DNA of 64,000 bases from an uncultured Methanosarcinales archaeon. GTDB taxonomy: Archaea; Halobacteriota; Methanosarcinia; Methanotrichales; Methanotrichaceae. Of this stretch, positions 49,581-60,229 are shown piece by piece. The stretch spans positions 32,001 to 96,000 of the forward strand of contig CAWJKV010000015.1 in NCBI GenBank assembly GCA_963843555.1, written 5' to 3'. How positions within the stretch are numbered: the first letter of the stretch is position 1; each line of letters opens with the position of its first letter. The notes under the pieces are model-generated. The model made no database searches. It was not told the origin of the DNA and worked only from the letters and a program-made list of their open reading frames with translations. Made by a program: the position numbers and the translations under genes.

Positions 49581-50147
49581 TCATGGCTGATTGTGGTCGA
49601 TATCATCTATCGCCCTCACCACACTCTGCCACTCCGGGCAGTAAGACACTTGATTGGAGTAGCTTTCGATGTCCGTTCCATTCAGGCTCCAGGGGTGTAC
49701 GAATAGGATTCCATGTCGATTAGGATCGCTCTTTACAAATTCCACGATATTCATGTCCAGGTCGTCGATCAATACATCCGAAGGAATATTGTGCTTGGTC
49801 CCTGTCTTTGCAGTGTAATACTGCTTCAGGCAGGGGAAATGAGCACTCAGCCAAAGCTTTGTTGCCACTTCTGCAATCGGCCTTCTGGCTGTCACCACAA
49901 ACACATCATGGAGAAAGAGCTGTCTTATGGCATCTTGCGAGCCCTCAATCAAGGGCACATTCCGCACGTATTCCGGGTCAGCTAATAACCTTCCTATCTC
50001 TGACCAGATCTCTTTTCCCTCGAAGCACCAGTGGGCACGATTAATATCACTTCTAGAATACTTCAGCCCGTATTCGTTTTCAATTACTTTCAGTACGGCG
50101 CCGACTTGATCTGCCAATACTCCGTCAATATCCACAGCGATCTTCAA
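49581..50147 (-). CDS. HAD-family 5'(3')-deoxyribonucleotidase-like protein
   Basis: DIDGVLAD, VTAR and LIDD. Confidence 0.82.
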   Translation of the reverse strand: MKIAVDIDGVLADQVGAVLKVIENEYGLKYSRSDINRAHWCFEGKEIWSEIGRLLADPEYVRNVPLIEGSQDAIRQLFLHDVFVVTARRPIAEVATKLWLSAHFPCLKQYYTAKTGTKHNIPSDVLIDDLDMNIVEFVKSDPNRHGILFVHPWSLNGTDIESYSNQVSYCPEWQSVVRAIDDIDHNQP

Positions 50148-50482
50148 CTCAGTCCTCAGTAGATAGTTCGAGCTGAATAGACTGACTGGGGCACTACATG
50201 ATAAATCTTTCAGCCTGGATATTTTTGGGCGATCAATGAGAAACCCGAAAGTTCGGAGAAAGCGGAGTCCGCCAGGAGAGTGTACTGGTCTCGCAAGATG
50301 GAGGCAGGTTCTATTGGCACCAATCCGACTCTCGCATCATTCCTTTTATCTCCAAGTCGAAGTAAGCGCGGCAAAGCGGAGTCATTTTTGACAAGCTTGG
50401 TGACGGTTTGGCGTCCTGGCCTGATGCACCCCTTCACCGGGTAGTCTAGAGCCCAAAGACCCAGCTGTTCAGGTTGCACTTC

Positions 50483-51046
50483 TTATAGAGGCATCCCCCA
50501 CATGGGGTACCACTTGGCCTCGTCTTTCTCGATCGGCAGCTCCTTTTCCATCAGGGACTTCAGCCGAAACTCCCGGGAGGTGTCGCGCTTCTGGCCACTT
50601 TGCGGCACAAAAGGATAGTAAGACCCCAGCTTGAAATTGTAGATCCAGAAAGCTGTGACGTCTCCTCTGAAGCGGTAGACTGCAGCCAGGAGCTGCGTTC
50701 CAAAGCCCTGCTCCATCAGGGTCTGGCATACCATCTGAATGTTGGTTACCAAATCCTCGAAATCAGGGTCCGACAAAACCACCCAGATGTAATTGTACTC
50801 ATCCTTCTGAATGCTGTACAAGGTGCCCGTCTCCTTGAAGCTCAGTTTGAGCAGATCCTCTATCTCCGTTCTGGCGGTTTCATAGCGGGACGACTCCATG
50901 GGCTTGATGCAGACTCCTGCGGCGCCGTCGGGCTTCAGTCCCAGGTTCGCTTCCATTGTCACAGCAGCCGTGGAGATGGCAAAGAGCCGGTCCGTCTTGG
51001 CCTCAGGAAGACGTGTCTTTCCCAGGATGGAGTCCATGAACCCCAT
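50483..51046 (-). CDS. PspA-associated protein PspAB family
   Basis: LFAISTAAVTME, DFEDLV, GFG.QLL, IYNFK.G.YYPFVP and WYPMWG; directly follows htpX. Confidence 0.8.
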   Translation of the reverse strand: MGFMDSILGKTRLPEAKTDRLFAISTAAVTMEANLGLKPDGAAGVCIKPMESSRYETARTEIEDLLKLSFKETGTLYSIQKDEYNYIWVVLSDPDFEDLVTNIQMVCQTLMEQGFGTQLLAAVYRFRGDVTAFWIYNFKLGSYYPFVPQSGQKRDTSREFRLKSLMEKELPIEKDEAKWYPMWGMPL

Positions 51047-51047
51047 C

Positions 51048-51929
51048 TCAGGCCTCCAGCTCTTGTTCAATGCTCTTCAGAGCGGCGATCCTGGCTTCCA
51101 GAGTCGGATGCGTTGAGAGCAGGTTCATTATAGCCGAACCGGAGATGGCAGGCACTATGAAAAGTGCGCTGACCGGCCCTTCCACTTTTCTCAGGTCCTG
51201 CGTGGGCACTTTGGAGCCACTGATCTTCATCAATGCCGAAGCCAGATTGGACGGCTGACCGGTTATGACCGCCGAGCCGCGATCGGCTGCAAACTCCCGG
51301 TATCTGGAAAGAGCGCGAATGAGAATGAAACTCACTATCCAGACCGCCAGGGAGACCAGAAACATTACTATGAAGCTGCCTCCGGAATCGCGATCGCGAC
51401 TGCCTCCTCCTCCAAAGAACGGCAGAAACCTCACCATTATCTGAGCAATGGAAGAGAGGAATGTGGCTATTGTTATGACCATCATGTCCCTGTTTTTTAC
51501 ATGCGTCAATTCATGGGCCAGCACCGCCTCAAGCTCGCTTCGGTTGAGCTGTTGCATGATGCCCGTGGTCACGGCTACCACGGCATTCTTCTGATTTCTG
51601 CCCGTAGCAAAGGCATTAGGCATACTGGTATTCACTATGGCGATCTTTGGCATGGGCAGATCGGCAATGGCGCAGAGCCTGGATACTATCTGGTGAAGTT
51701 CGGGAGCCTCGCTCTCCGATACTGTTTTTGCGCCCATAGATAACAGGATCATCTTATCCGAATAGAAATACTGCAGAAACATAAATCCGCCCATGAAAAG
51801 AATTATTACCGTACTGCTTGTATTCATGGACAATAAAACTGCCAGGAATGCCAGGTATAGCACTGCCAGGAGAACCATGGTCAGCAACATCCTGGCTTCA
51901 AGCCCTCGATCAGACTTCCACTTCATCAT
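51048..51929 (-). CDS. htpX: Zinc metalloprotease HtpX (M48)
   Basis: PNAFATG, AHELTH, SRYREFAAD and STHP. Confidence 0.93.
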   Translation of the reverse strand: MMKWKSDRGLEARMLLTMVLLAVLYLAFLAVLLSMNTSSTVIILFMGGFMFLQYFYSDKMILLSMGAKTVSESEAPELHQIVSRLCAIADLPMPKIAIVNTSMPNAFATGRNQKNAVVAVTTGIMQQLNRSELEAVLAHELTHVKNRDMMVITIATFLSSIAQIMVRFLPFFGGGGSRDRDSGGSFIVMFLVSLAVWIVSFILIRALSRYREFAADRGSAVITGQPSNLASALMKISGSKVPTQDLRKVEGPVSALFIVPAISGSAIMNLLSTHPTLEARIAALKSIEQELEA

Positions 51930-52246
51930 ATCTTAATTTCACCCTGATACCATCTAGACTATCCCGTCAAACTTTGCTTTTCAGTCATAGCAATTCTTAA
52001 GCATTGGCGTCGTTCTCTGGAAGGTTATCTCTTACTCTGAACACCTTCTCGCTACTATATTAGGTCTTCTCATCATTATCTCAACTCACCCACCATCTTT
52101 CTCGTTTATTCGCACGAGCATTGTGAGGTAATGAAACTCAATCGATCCATGGCTCTTTATTCAATAGCCGATTGTGAACGAAGTTGGTGACTATGATAAG
52201 AGAAGACGACAGCTTTGGGGAGAGATCGGGTGACTCTAGAGCTCCA

Positions 52247-52308
52247 GTTCCTCCAAATAACTCTCGTTCCTCCAAGTAGTCTCCTCCAAATAGTCTCTTC
52301 TAAATAGT
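52247..52308 (+). repeat. Four degenerate tandem copies of TCCTCCAAATAGTC
   Basis: gttcctccaaataactctc gttcctccaagtagtc tcctccaaatagtc tcttctaaatagt. Confidence 0.7.
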
Positions 52309-52367
52309 GGAAGCTACAATTATCACAACGAGCATTTTCTGAATAAAGGAATGAGAGGCAGATTTCA

Positions 52368-52823
52368 ATGGCACAAGCGAGAATGGGTGATACTGTAAGG
52401 GTGCACTATAACGGCAAGCTGGATACCGGCATTCTCTTCGACTCCTCAGAAGGGTGCGAGCCCCTGGAGTTCGAATTGGGCTCAGGTCGGCTCATCCAGG
52501 GCTTTGAAGAAGCAGTTGTAGGAATGAGCCCGGGCGAATCAAAAACGGTGCAGATTCCTCCTGAGAAAGCTTATGGCAGATACAGAGAAGACCGAGTGAT
52601 GAAAGTAGATAAAAAGGATCTTCCACCTGAGGTCGTACCAACGGAAGGCATGACTCTTGAGGTCTGTGCCTCCAATGGTGTCATTGTTCCGGTACAGATC
52701 ACGGAAATTGGGGATACGACAATCACACTCGATGCCAACCACCAGCTCTCTGAGCAGACTCTGACTTTCGAAATAAAGTTGGTGGAGATAGTGGAAAAAC
52801 AGAAAGAAACGGGTCAAAAATAG
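52368..52823 (+). CDS. FKBP-type peptidyl-prolyl isomerase (SlyD-like)
   Basis: GDTVRVHY.G, FDSS, GFEEA, PEKAYG and LDANH.L. Confidence 0.93.
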   Translation: MAQARMGDTVRVHYNGKLDTGILFDSSEGCEPLEFELGSGRLIQGFEEAVVGMSPGESKTVQIPPEKAYGRYREDRVMKVDKKDLPPEVVPTEGMTLEVCASNGVIVPVQITEIGDTTITLDANHQLSEQTLTFEIKLVEIVEKQKETGQK

Positions 52824-53020
52824 CGATTTTGACTCTTGATGCAAAGATCGATGGCCTCCCTGATTTGGCGTGCCTCGGGTCCAATGGTCAGAGAACTGGA
52901 TGGACCGCATTCTGCATAGGCGCTGGACTTCTGCCGTTGGAGCCGGTAGATATCCAAAAGTATTGAGGCCTCGGATAGTTGCTCGATGGAATCCAAATAG
53001 GTCTGAAAATCGCCCAACAC
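52814..53020 (-). CDS. Possible small hypothetical protein
   Basis: 68-aa ORF filling the gap between two genes; no recognisable motif. Confidence 0.3.
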   Translation of the reverse strand: MLGDFQTYLDSIEQLSEASILLDIYRLQRQKSSAYAECGPSSSLTIGPEARQIREAIDLCIKSQNRYF

Positions 53021-53060
53021 AAATTAGATATATAATCAAATGAGAAAGTAGCTAAGTATA

Positions 53061-53651
53061 ATGGCCACTGCCGTTCGGGAGGATGGCAGTAATTATGGAC
53101 TTCAGGTGGGACTCGTTTTGGCTGATCGTGCAGCGGTATTCATTGATGGCGCTTACTTAACTAAAATTCTGGATGTTGATTTCGGCAAACCCAAGATAGA
53201 TCTGGGCGGGTTTTCAGATATTCTTTGCGGCAATTACGAGCGTCTGAGGACTTACTACTACAATTGCATGCCCTATCAGAGCTGCCCTCCCACAGAGGAG
53301 GAGAGCCGCAGGTTTGCCTCCATGGACAAGTTCGTCTACACTCTGCGCAAGCTTCCCAGGTTTGAGGTGAAACTGGGGCGCCTGGGCCGCGTGGGCGGAG
53401 AGTTTGTGCAAAAGAGGGTAGACATTGCCCTTGCTGCGGATCTGGTGCGGCTGAGCTGCGGCAGAATGATCGGAAAGGCAGTTATCGTTACGGGTGATAG
53501 CGATTTTTTGCCGGCAATTGAGGCGGCGAAGGAGGCAGGCGTGCTGGTCACGCTCTTTTACTCGGAGAGTTCAATTCACGACGAGCTCCTATCAGCAGTC
53601 GATGAGAGAACGGTCATCGATCATGAGCTCATAAATCAGGTAGCTCGATGA
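53061..53651 (+). CDS. NYN/LabA/DUF88 domain protein (PIN-like nuclease); start may be TTG near 53118
   Basis: VFIDGAY, QKRVDI, VTGDSDF and L..AVD. Confidence 0.88.
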   Translation: MATAVREDGSNYGLQVGLVLADRAAVFIDGAYLTKILDVDFGKPKIDLGGFSDILCGNYERLRTYYYNCMPYQSCPPTEEESRRFASMDKFVYTLRKLPRFEVKLGRLGRVGGEFVQKRVDIALAADLVRLSCGRMIGKAVIVTGDSDFLPAIEAAKEAGVLVTLFYSESSIHDELLSAVDERTVIDHELINQVAR

Positions 53652-53732
53652 AGGAGAAATAGATAACTAAATCAAAAATTAATGATTATCGCATGAAGAT
53701 GGTCAGGCTGCGATTATCGCAGCCCTCCGATC

Positions 53733-55058
53733 TTACTTCTTCGCTTTCTCGTCCTTGGCGTAGACATCCCGTCGATCCACGACCTTCTTCGACTTTCCGG
53801 CCGTTCTCGGGATGGAACCCTTCTCCACCAATTCAATCTTGCTGCGCACGTTCAGGACGGACTTCAGCTTCTCTTCCGTCTTCTTTTGGATCATGGCCAG
53901 GTCAGACAATTCGCCGGTGAAAGCTTCATCCTTAAGCTCCACCTGGATGCTGATCTCGTCCAGACCGTGTCTCTTGCGGTCCACGACAACCTGGAAGTAG
54001 TTGCCGATCTCAGGAATGCTCACCAGCACGTCCTCGATTTGACTCGGGAAGACATTGATGCCGCGCACTATGAGCATGTCATCCGCTCTTCCCAGGAATC
54101 TATGCAGCTTTCTGCTGGTGCGGCCGCAACTGCATTTTTCTTCCAGGACGTAGGTCACGTCGCCGGTGTGGTACCTTATCAACGGCATAGCTTCCTTCGT
54201 CAGTGATGTCAAGACCAGCTCGCCCGGTTCTCCCGCCGCGCAGGGCTGCTCATCTTTATCCAGGATTTCTATCAGGAAGTGGTCCTCCCAGATATGCAGG
54301 CCATTCTGCTCCTGGCATTCGAAGGCTACGCCCGGCCCCATCATCTCCGAAAGGCCGTATGAGTCGTAGGCCTTGATGTGCAGTGACTCTTCCAGCTCTT
54401 TCCTGGATTCGTCTGACCATGGCTCAGCTCCAAAGCAGCCGATGCGCAGCATAAGCCTGTCCACTACCCCCCTGGCCTTAGCCGTCTCCGCCAGGTAGAG
54501 CGCATAGGAGGGCGTGCAATGCAGAGTGGTCACTCCAAAGTCTATCATGATCTCCAGTTGGCGTTCAGTGTTGCCTACTCCGGAGGGGACCGCCATGGCG
54601 CCCATGCGTTCGATGCCGTAGTGGACACCAAGGCCGCCTGTGAAGAAGCCATAGTTTACAGCATTCTGGAAGATATCGCCTTTCTTGACCCCGACCATCA
54701 CGAAGTCCCTGGCCATGAGGTCAGACCAGGTCTCAATATCCCTGGCAGTGTAGCCTACGACTGTGGGCTTGCCTGTCGTGCCAGAAGAAGCATGTACCCG
54801 CACAACCTCATCCAAGGGAACGGCGAATAGGCCGAAAGGATAGTTATCCCTGAGATCTTGCTTTCGGGTGGTGGGGAGTCTGGCCAGGTCCTCGAGGCTC
54901 CGAATATCCTCAGGATCAACTCCGGCCTTCTTGAATTTATTACGGTAAAAGGGAACGTTATCGTAGACCTTCCGGGCGACGCTCTTGAGCCGCTGGAGCT
55001 GCAGCTCTTCCAGCTCTTTTCTTTCCATGAGCTCCATTTTCGGTTGCCAGTAATTCAT
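53733..55058 (-). CDS. paaK: Phenylacetate-CoA ligase family protein
   Basis: SSGTTGKPT, GAEPWS, YGLSE, PLIRY, GRADDM and GINVFPSQIE. Confidence 0.9.
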   Translation of the reverse strand: MNYWQPKMELMERKELEELQLQRLKSVARKVYDNVPFYRNKFKKAGVDPEDIRSLEDLARLPTTRKQDLRDNYPFGLFAVPLDEVVRVHASSGTTGKPTVVGYTARDIETWSDLMARDFVMVGVKKGDIFQNAVNYGFFTGGLGVHYGIERMGAMAVPSGVGNTERQLEIMIDFGVTTLHCTPSYALYLAETAKARGVVDRLMLRIGCFGAEPWSDESRKELEESLHIKAYDSYGLSEMMGPGVAFECQEQNGLHIWEDHFLIEILDKDEQPCAAGEPGELVLTSLTKEAMPLIRYHTGDVTYVLEEKCSCGRTSRKLHRFLGRADDMLIVRGINVFPSQIEDVLVSIPEIGNYFQVVVDRKRHGLDEISIQVELKDEAFTGELSDLAMIQKKTEEKLKSVLNVRSKIELVEKGSIPRTAGKSKKVVDRRDVYAKDEKAKK

Positions 55059-55214
55059 TTTCATACCCTGATGAATTTGTATGTCTGGTGTGTCTAGATG
55101 CAACACGGTGCCAATGAGAAAACCCGAGGTATATCAATACTTCCGATGCGAAACACTCGGAAACGACTATTCTCCTTAAAAATGATTTTGAATCGAGGCA
55201 GCAAGTCTATTCTA

Positions 55215-55322
55215 TGAATAAAAGGTTGGGATTTAATCATGGACCCGGGAGAGCCAAGGTGGGAGACTTGGCACTCCGGGCAAGGAGGGTTCGAACGGCT
55301 TAGCACCGATGGTGTTGATAGA
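55215..55322 (-). ncRNA. Candidate small RNA with anti-SD motifs (copy B); ends approximate
   Basis: TTTAAATA at 55350-55343. CCUCCUU at 55288-55282. Hairpin CCCGGAGUGCCAAG/CUUGGCUCUCCCGGG with a UCUCCCAC loop, followed by a U-tract. Confidence 0.5.
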
Positions 55323-55567
55323 CGAATGTAATGAGCTGAATGTATTTAAATTATCATGACACAAATAAAGAATTATGACACAAAGCGTGAACAGTTGTGA
55401 AACCATAAATACATATTTTTATCAGAATATCTTCATTAATCTCTCCATAAATCACTTTTTTGGCACAATCTAGATTTCCAGTGATTAAGTGAAGGAAGGA
55501 AATATCCACCCGAAAAAATTTTATCGTCAAGCCAACATTTTTCGAAAAAATTTCGAAGAAATCCGCT

Positions 55568-56602
55568 TCATGATACAAAAATACGGGTGGTAAGAACATC
55601 TTCTAAGGGTCTTCTGGGAGTATGTTTTGCAGGCTCAGCATAACCCATGCGTATGAGTATCTGCGGATAATTAGTTTCCAATATCTTAGCCATCTTATGC
55701 CTCAACTCTGGAATAGCAGTGGGCTGGCTGAAGAGATCGAACCTGACGCCTAATTTTGTAGCGGTCAGGAAAAGAGATTCAAGCAAAACTCCGGCCTTGA
55801 TCCAGGTCAATTTGTCTTCTTTTTGCGTGGATAATACAGCTACCGCAGGAGATTCTTCCATGTAAGAAGTCTCTATCCTGGCCCGAGATGTCGACATATC
55901 AAAAGTTCCAAAAATAAATGAACCGAAGAAGGACTCGAAGTCAGAGTAGCCAAAGGAGTACCCTGGTAGTCCATCCATGGCATCGGAGGTATTTGGTCTT
56001 ACCCAGGATGCAAGCTCCTTTCGAAAGGCCTTATTCCCTAGCTGAATCTTGTGAGCCGCAGCCAGGATATCCGCCATCTCAGTTCTGCCCACTTTGTCGG
56101 TTATGATATCCAGCTTGAATCCATCCCTATTAACGCAATCTTTCAACCTCAGAAGCGTCTCATCCTCAATGGCCCGATCTTCGTATTTCATTCTGTTAGT
56201 ATGGCGTTTGGTAATCTCGGGGAATAGACCGGGAAACTTTTGTTTGCCAGGTTCCTTAGAAAATTGCACGGCTGCGGTCCTATCCCCCGAGAGGCCTTCT
56301 GGCAAGCATTTCAAATCATAACCAAGGCCAAAATGCTCTGCTGCCACGAGAAGATTGGTGAGAAGACATCCGTGGCTCATATATAGCGTTCTATCGGTGG
56401 GGTCTACCCTTGGTAGTGATCTAGTGAAGTCAGCAATTAGAGATACTTGATTTCCATTGATCGAGAACTTCCAAGGCTGGGTATTTGGTCCCGAGGGAGC
56501 CAATATCGCATATTTTAATAGAAACTTTAGCTGATCTGACAGGTTGCCCGAGGTTGGAAAATCTTCTTCTCGTACGTTCCAGGCCGCCAATTTATCGCTC
56601 AT
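55568..56602 (-). CDS. Acg-family FMN-binding nitroreductase-like protein
   Basis: LAPSGPNTQPW, RHTNR, W..AG...E and RMGY....TPRRPL. Confidence 0.88.
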   Translation of the reverse strand: MSDKLAAWNVREEDFPTSGNLSDQLKFLLKYAILAPSGPNTQPWKFSINGNQVSLIADFTRSLPRVDPTDRTLYMSHGCLLTNLLVAAEHFGLGYDLKCLPEGLSGDRTAAVQFSKEPGKQKFPGLFPEITKRHTNRMKYEDRAIEDETLLRLKDCVNRDGFKLDIITDKVGRTEMADILAAAHKIQLGNKAFRKELASWVRPNTSDAMDGLPGYSFGYSDFESFFGSFIFGTFDMSTSRARIETSYMEESPAVAVLSTQKEDKLTWIKAGVLLESLFLTATKLGVRFDLFSQPTAIPELRHKMAKILETNYPQILIRMGYAEPAKHTPRRPLEDVLTTRIFVS

Positions 56603-56725
56603 TAGTCCATCTCCTCAATTCTGCTATTCCAACTAGCTAATTGCATTCAATCTATTTAGACTATCTTTAGCTTTCAAGGATTTTACAGCAATAATTATTA
56701 GAAGGCAGTTCCATGATCTTCTCAA

Positions 56726-57745
56726 ATGAGACCATTCGTCAGGCCGAAGATAGTCATAAGCAAATGCATCGAGTTTGACCATTGCAGATATGACGGCAGT
56801 CTGATACCCAGCGATTTTGTGAAAGCTCTTAAGCCTCATGTGGACTTCATGCCTGTTTGTGCAGAGATGGAGATAGGTCTGGGCGTGCCCAGAAGCTCAA
56901 TAAGGATTGTTTCAGTTAATGGAGAACCAAGGCTTATCCAGCCAGCTACCGGCCTGGATGTTACTGAAAAAATGATGGATTTTTCGGCTCATTTCTTGAG
57001 TTCGTTATCGGACGTAGACGGATTTATTCTCAAGTTTCGCTCTCCATCTTGCGGCATGAAGGACATCAGAGTCTATTCAAGCTCCGCAAATGGAGTCGCC
57101 GTATCAAAGACATCGGGGTTCTTTGGAGGAGCTGCAGTCAAATCCTTCCCGGAAATAGCCATCGAGGACGAGGGCAGGCTGCGAAACTTCAATATCAGGG
57201 AGCACTTCTTAATCAAGCTTTATTCCCTGGCCAGTTTCAGGAAAGTGCAAAATGATGGTTCGTTATCTGAGCTGATTCAATTCCATACCGACAATAAGCT
57301 GCTGCTTGCCGCTTACAGTCAGAAGGAGGCCAAGATCCTAGGAAGGATTGTGGCCAATGATGGGAGCCTGGGTTTTGCCGAACAGGCTGGACTTTATAGA
57401 AAACACCTGGCAGACGCCCTCAAGAGGCCGCCCAAGTATACCTCGAAGGTAAATGTGCTCATGCATTCTCTTGGATACTTCTCGGATGAGCTATCTCATG
57501 ATGAGAAGGCCCATTTTCTCCGGAACATAGAGAGATATAAGGATAGAAGGATTCCCTTCAGCGCCCTCTTGGCCATACTCCAGAGCTGGATAGCTCGTTT
57601 TGAAGAGGAGTACCTGCGGAATCAGACCTTTTTCGAGCCTTTTCCCGAGGATCTAATAGAGCTATGCAGGGACACTCAGTGCGAATGGGAAGGATCCGAT
57701 CTTTTTGAAGGGCGCGAAAACGCGAGAGGGCCTCAGAAATCATGA
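56726..57745 (+). CDS. DUF523 + DUF1722 (YbgA/2-thiouracil desulfurase-like) protein
   Basis: SKC....[31 protein letters not shown] and H.LGYF. Confidence 0.9.
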   Translation: MRPFVRPKIVISKCIEFDHCRYDGSLIPSDFVKALKPHVDFMPVCAEMEIGLGVPRSSIRIVSVNGEPRLIQPATGLDVTEKMMDFSAHFLSSLSDVDGFILKFRSPSCGMKDIRVYSSSANGVAVSKTSGFFGGAAVKSFPEIAIEDEGRLRNFNIREHFLIKLYSLASFRKVQNDGSLSELIQFHTDNKLLLAAYSQKEAKILGRIVANDGSLGFAEQAGLYRKHLADALKRPPKYTSKVNVLMHSLGYFSDELSHDEKAHFLRNIERYKDRRIPFSALLAILQSWIARFEEEYLRNQTFFEPFPEDLIELCRDTQCEWEGSDLFEGRENARGPQKS

Positions 57746-58644
57746 AGATTGGCTATCCAACTATAGCATTGGGTTTGGGCTGCACACCCAGCCATACATT
57801 TCGGCTCGCATCTTACTCGGAAGAGAGATTGATCAATAACGTTGCTAAAAACCTTGATTGCCTCGAAAAAATCCTGGAATACAATCTAAAGAATGATTTC
57901 TTGTTCTTCAGAATAAGCTCGGATATCGTACCATTTGCATCGCATCCCGTCTGCAAGTTTGACTGGGTTTCTCATTTTGCCGCCCGTTTAAATGATATCG
58001 GTCAATTCATAAAAAAGCATGAATTTAGAATATCCATGCATCCAGATCAATTCATCGTTCTCAATTCACCTAACCAAGAGATCGTAGAAAGATGCGTTTC
58101 CGAACTTGAATATCATTGCAGGCTGCTCGATGCCATGGAATTGGATATAAGCGCAAAAATCCAGCTTCATGTTGGCGGTGCCTATGGAGACAAGAAAAAA
58201 GCATCTTCCAGATTCATTTCTAATTACGAAAAGCTTCCTTCTGGCATAAGAAGAAGACTTGTTATAGAGAATGATGATCGGCTTTATAGCGCCAAGGATT
58301 GCCTCGAAATCAATCGTACCATCAGAATTCCCATAGTATTTGATACTCTTCATCATCAATGCCTCAATAATGGAGAAAATTTTGCGGATATATTCAGGGA
58401 GCTAGGAAGGTCTTGGAGCAGTGCTGATGGAATTCCAATGATCGACTACAGCAATCAAGCGCCAGGCCAAAAGCCAGGAAAGCACTCCAAAACCATCAAT
58501 GAAAACGAATTCAAGAAATTTATTAAAAACACTGAAGAATTTGACTTCGATATTATGCTTGAAATCAAGGATAAGGAGGTAAGCGCGTTCAAAGCTCGCA
58601 ATATTTTAAAAAATTCTCCTTCTCGCGCCAAAAATATGAATTGA
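57742..58644 (+). CDS. uvsE: UV DNA damage endonuclease
   Basis: FFRISSD.VPFASHP, SMHPDQF, H.GG.YGDK, IENDD, D..HH and MLEIKDKE. Confidence 0.93.
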   Translation: MKIGYPTIALGLGCTPSHTFRLASYSEERLINNVAKNLDCLEKILEYNLKNDFLFFRISSDIVPFASHPVCKFDWVSHFAARLNDIGQFIKKHEFRISMHPDQFIVLNSPNQEIVERCVSELEYHCRLLDAMELDISAKIQLHVGGAYGDKKKASSRFISNYEKLPSGIRRRLVIENDDRLYSAKDCLEINRTIRIPIVFDTLHHQCLNNGENFADIFRELGRSWSSADGIPMIDYSNQAPGQKPGKHSKTINENEFKKFIKNTEEFDFDIMLEIKDKEVSAFKARNILKNSPSRAKNMN

Positions 58645-58949
58645 TTCGAGATTATTGCAGTTATTGGGCTATTTTTGACACCACTACGATACGAGATTCC
58701 TTGAAATTACTGGTCTCTGGCGAACTGCTTGCCTCTCCAATTACGATTTTTTTGAACCGAACTGCAATCTAGCTATAGCTCTGCCGGAGGCTGGCCATAT
58801 ATATATTGCATTAGTAGCGATAGCCTCCGGCCTTGAGCATACATATCAAGAAATGGGACGCCGGAATCCCACTCACACAGACATAGCTTCACTGGCCATT
58901 GCTCCTCCCGTAATCTTCCATTTTGCTATTTTACAGATCTACTTCGATG

Positions 58950-59606
58950 TTATTGATTTACTTGAACTGCAATCTCGTTTCTGCGAGAGAATGGTGGAGT
59001 CCAGGGATCATTATACTGCATCAATAGTGGTTCTCCCATAGTCGAGATTCCCCTATTTTCCAGTGTCTTGTTCAGCTGCTCAAGGTTCTTTTTATAATTT
59101 TCCTGGGTCACATAGCCCGAGAATCTGATCGTAGCTAGCTTTCTTGGCTCGACCAACTCGATCTTGACTCTGCTAGATGAAGGCTTTGGAGTGTTGTTGA
59201 TATCGAACCGCTCCGGCATTATAAAAGCCATGAATTGACCCTTTTCAGTGTTCATTGACACAACAGGAGCTGTCATCTCTATCTTTTCACCCTTAGTGGA
59301 GCCCGTTCCAGCTGGTTGTGGTGTTGGCGTCACAACAGGCGCAGTCATTTCGATCTTTTCGCCTTTATCGTTATCTCCGGAGATGTATCTGAACAATGGG
59401 GTAAAGGCATCGTTCTGATCCTCTGCAACAGTGGTGGCCCAAATCTCCTCGGGATAGGCCCTGATTTCCACATCATTCTCCAAGATTTCCGAGACCTCAT
59501 AATGAGCTTCAGGTACCGACATAGAGATAAACACTCCATAAAGGGTCCATAAGAATAACAACCCAAAAAGGATAAGCCCAGCCTGAATCGGCTTTGATAA
59601 TTTCAT
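58950..59606 (-). CDS. SOUL family heme-binding protein, membrane-anchored
   Basis: EIRAY, F..LFRYISG.N, KIEMTAPV, FSG and YNDPWTPPFSRRNEI. Confidence 0.9.
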   Translation of the reverse strand: MKLSKPIQAGLILFGLLFLWTLYGVFISMSVPEAHYEVSEILENDVEIRAYPEEIWATTVAEDQNDAFTPLFRYISGDNDKGEKIEMTAPVVTPTPQPAGTGSTKGEKIEMTAPVVSMNTEKGQFMAFIMPERFDINNTPKPSSSRVKIELVEPRKLATIRFSGYVTQENYKKNLEQLNKTLENRGISTMGEPLLMQYNDPWTPPFSRRNEIAVQVNQ

Positions 59607-59889
59607 GAAAAATACCTCAGATTCTCTTAAATTTGGCAATGAAATATATCTGTTTCTAAGATTTAAAGCTTTTGAGACCCAAGTAAATGTAAATGCGAGG
59701 CCAAGGTCAGATAAGGGCAGCAGGAGATTGTGGCCCGATAGCTCAATGCAAAGTGGCCTCGGAGGGATGCGACATTTAGCCTTAATCGGCGCTGTAGATC
59801 TTCAAGCGCAAGTCACTGAGGATGTATCTGCAAGATATTTTCAAAAACTATAAGTCTTATCAGAGCTAAATTATGATGTTAGGTGAAAA

Positions 59890-60174
59890 ATGATGGCAGG
59901 AACTATAGAGGAATATCAGAGGCTTTTTAGAGAGGCTACCGTCTCGGATCAAATGAAACTATTTCGACTTCATGTAGCTATTTATCTGGTGGTGAACATT
60001 ATTTGGCTGGCATTAGTAATGATGGGATCGATAACCATTAAGCCATCATGGGCCATTTACTACTCTCCGGTAGGGTGGGGTCTACTGATAATTGTTCACT
60101 ACTGGTTCTATGTCCGAGGCGCTGAAAACCTATGCAAGCTCAGGGAAGAGACGGTCGTGGCCAAGATAAAGTAG
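59890..60174 (+). CDS. 2TM domain membrane protein
   Basis: F..H...YLVVN...GWG.LII.H pattern; GGTGA RBS. Confidence 0.8.
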   Translation: MMAGTIEEYQRLFREATVSDQMKLFRLHVAIYLVVNIIWLALVMMGSITIKPSWAIYYSPVGWGLLIIVHYWFYVRGAENLCKLREETVVAKIK

Positions 60175-60229
60175 TCTAATCCATGTAGGAGATTGGACTA
60201 AACATCGCAGTCCCGTGGTTAGGGACTTT

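Noticed and set aside
50210..50479. 89-aa minus-strand ORF and a repeated AAAGCGGAGTC 11-mer
   Set aside because: No motif or RBS support, and two copies of an 11-mer are too little to interpret.
55284..55296. GGGTTCGAAC as a tRNA T-loop
   Set aside because: The surrounding sequence does not form a cloverleaf.
59255..59370. Duplicated KGEKIEMTAPVV in the SOUL protein
   Set aside because: A repeated KIxMTAPV is common in prokaryotic SOUL proteins and is not unusual.
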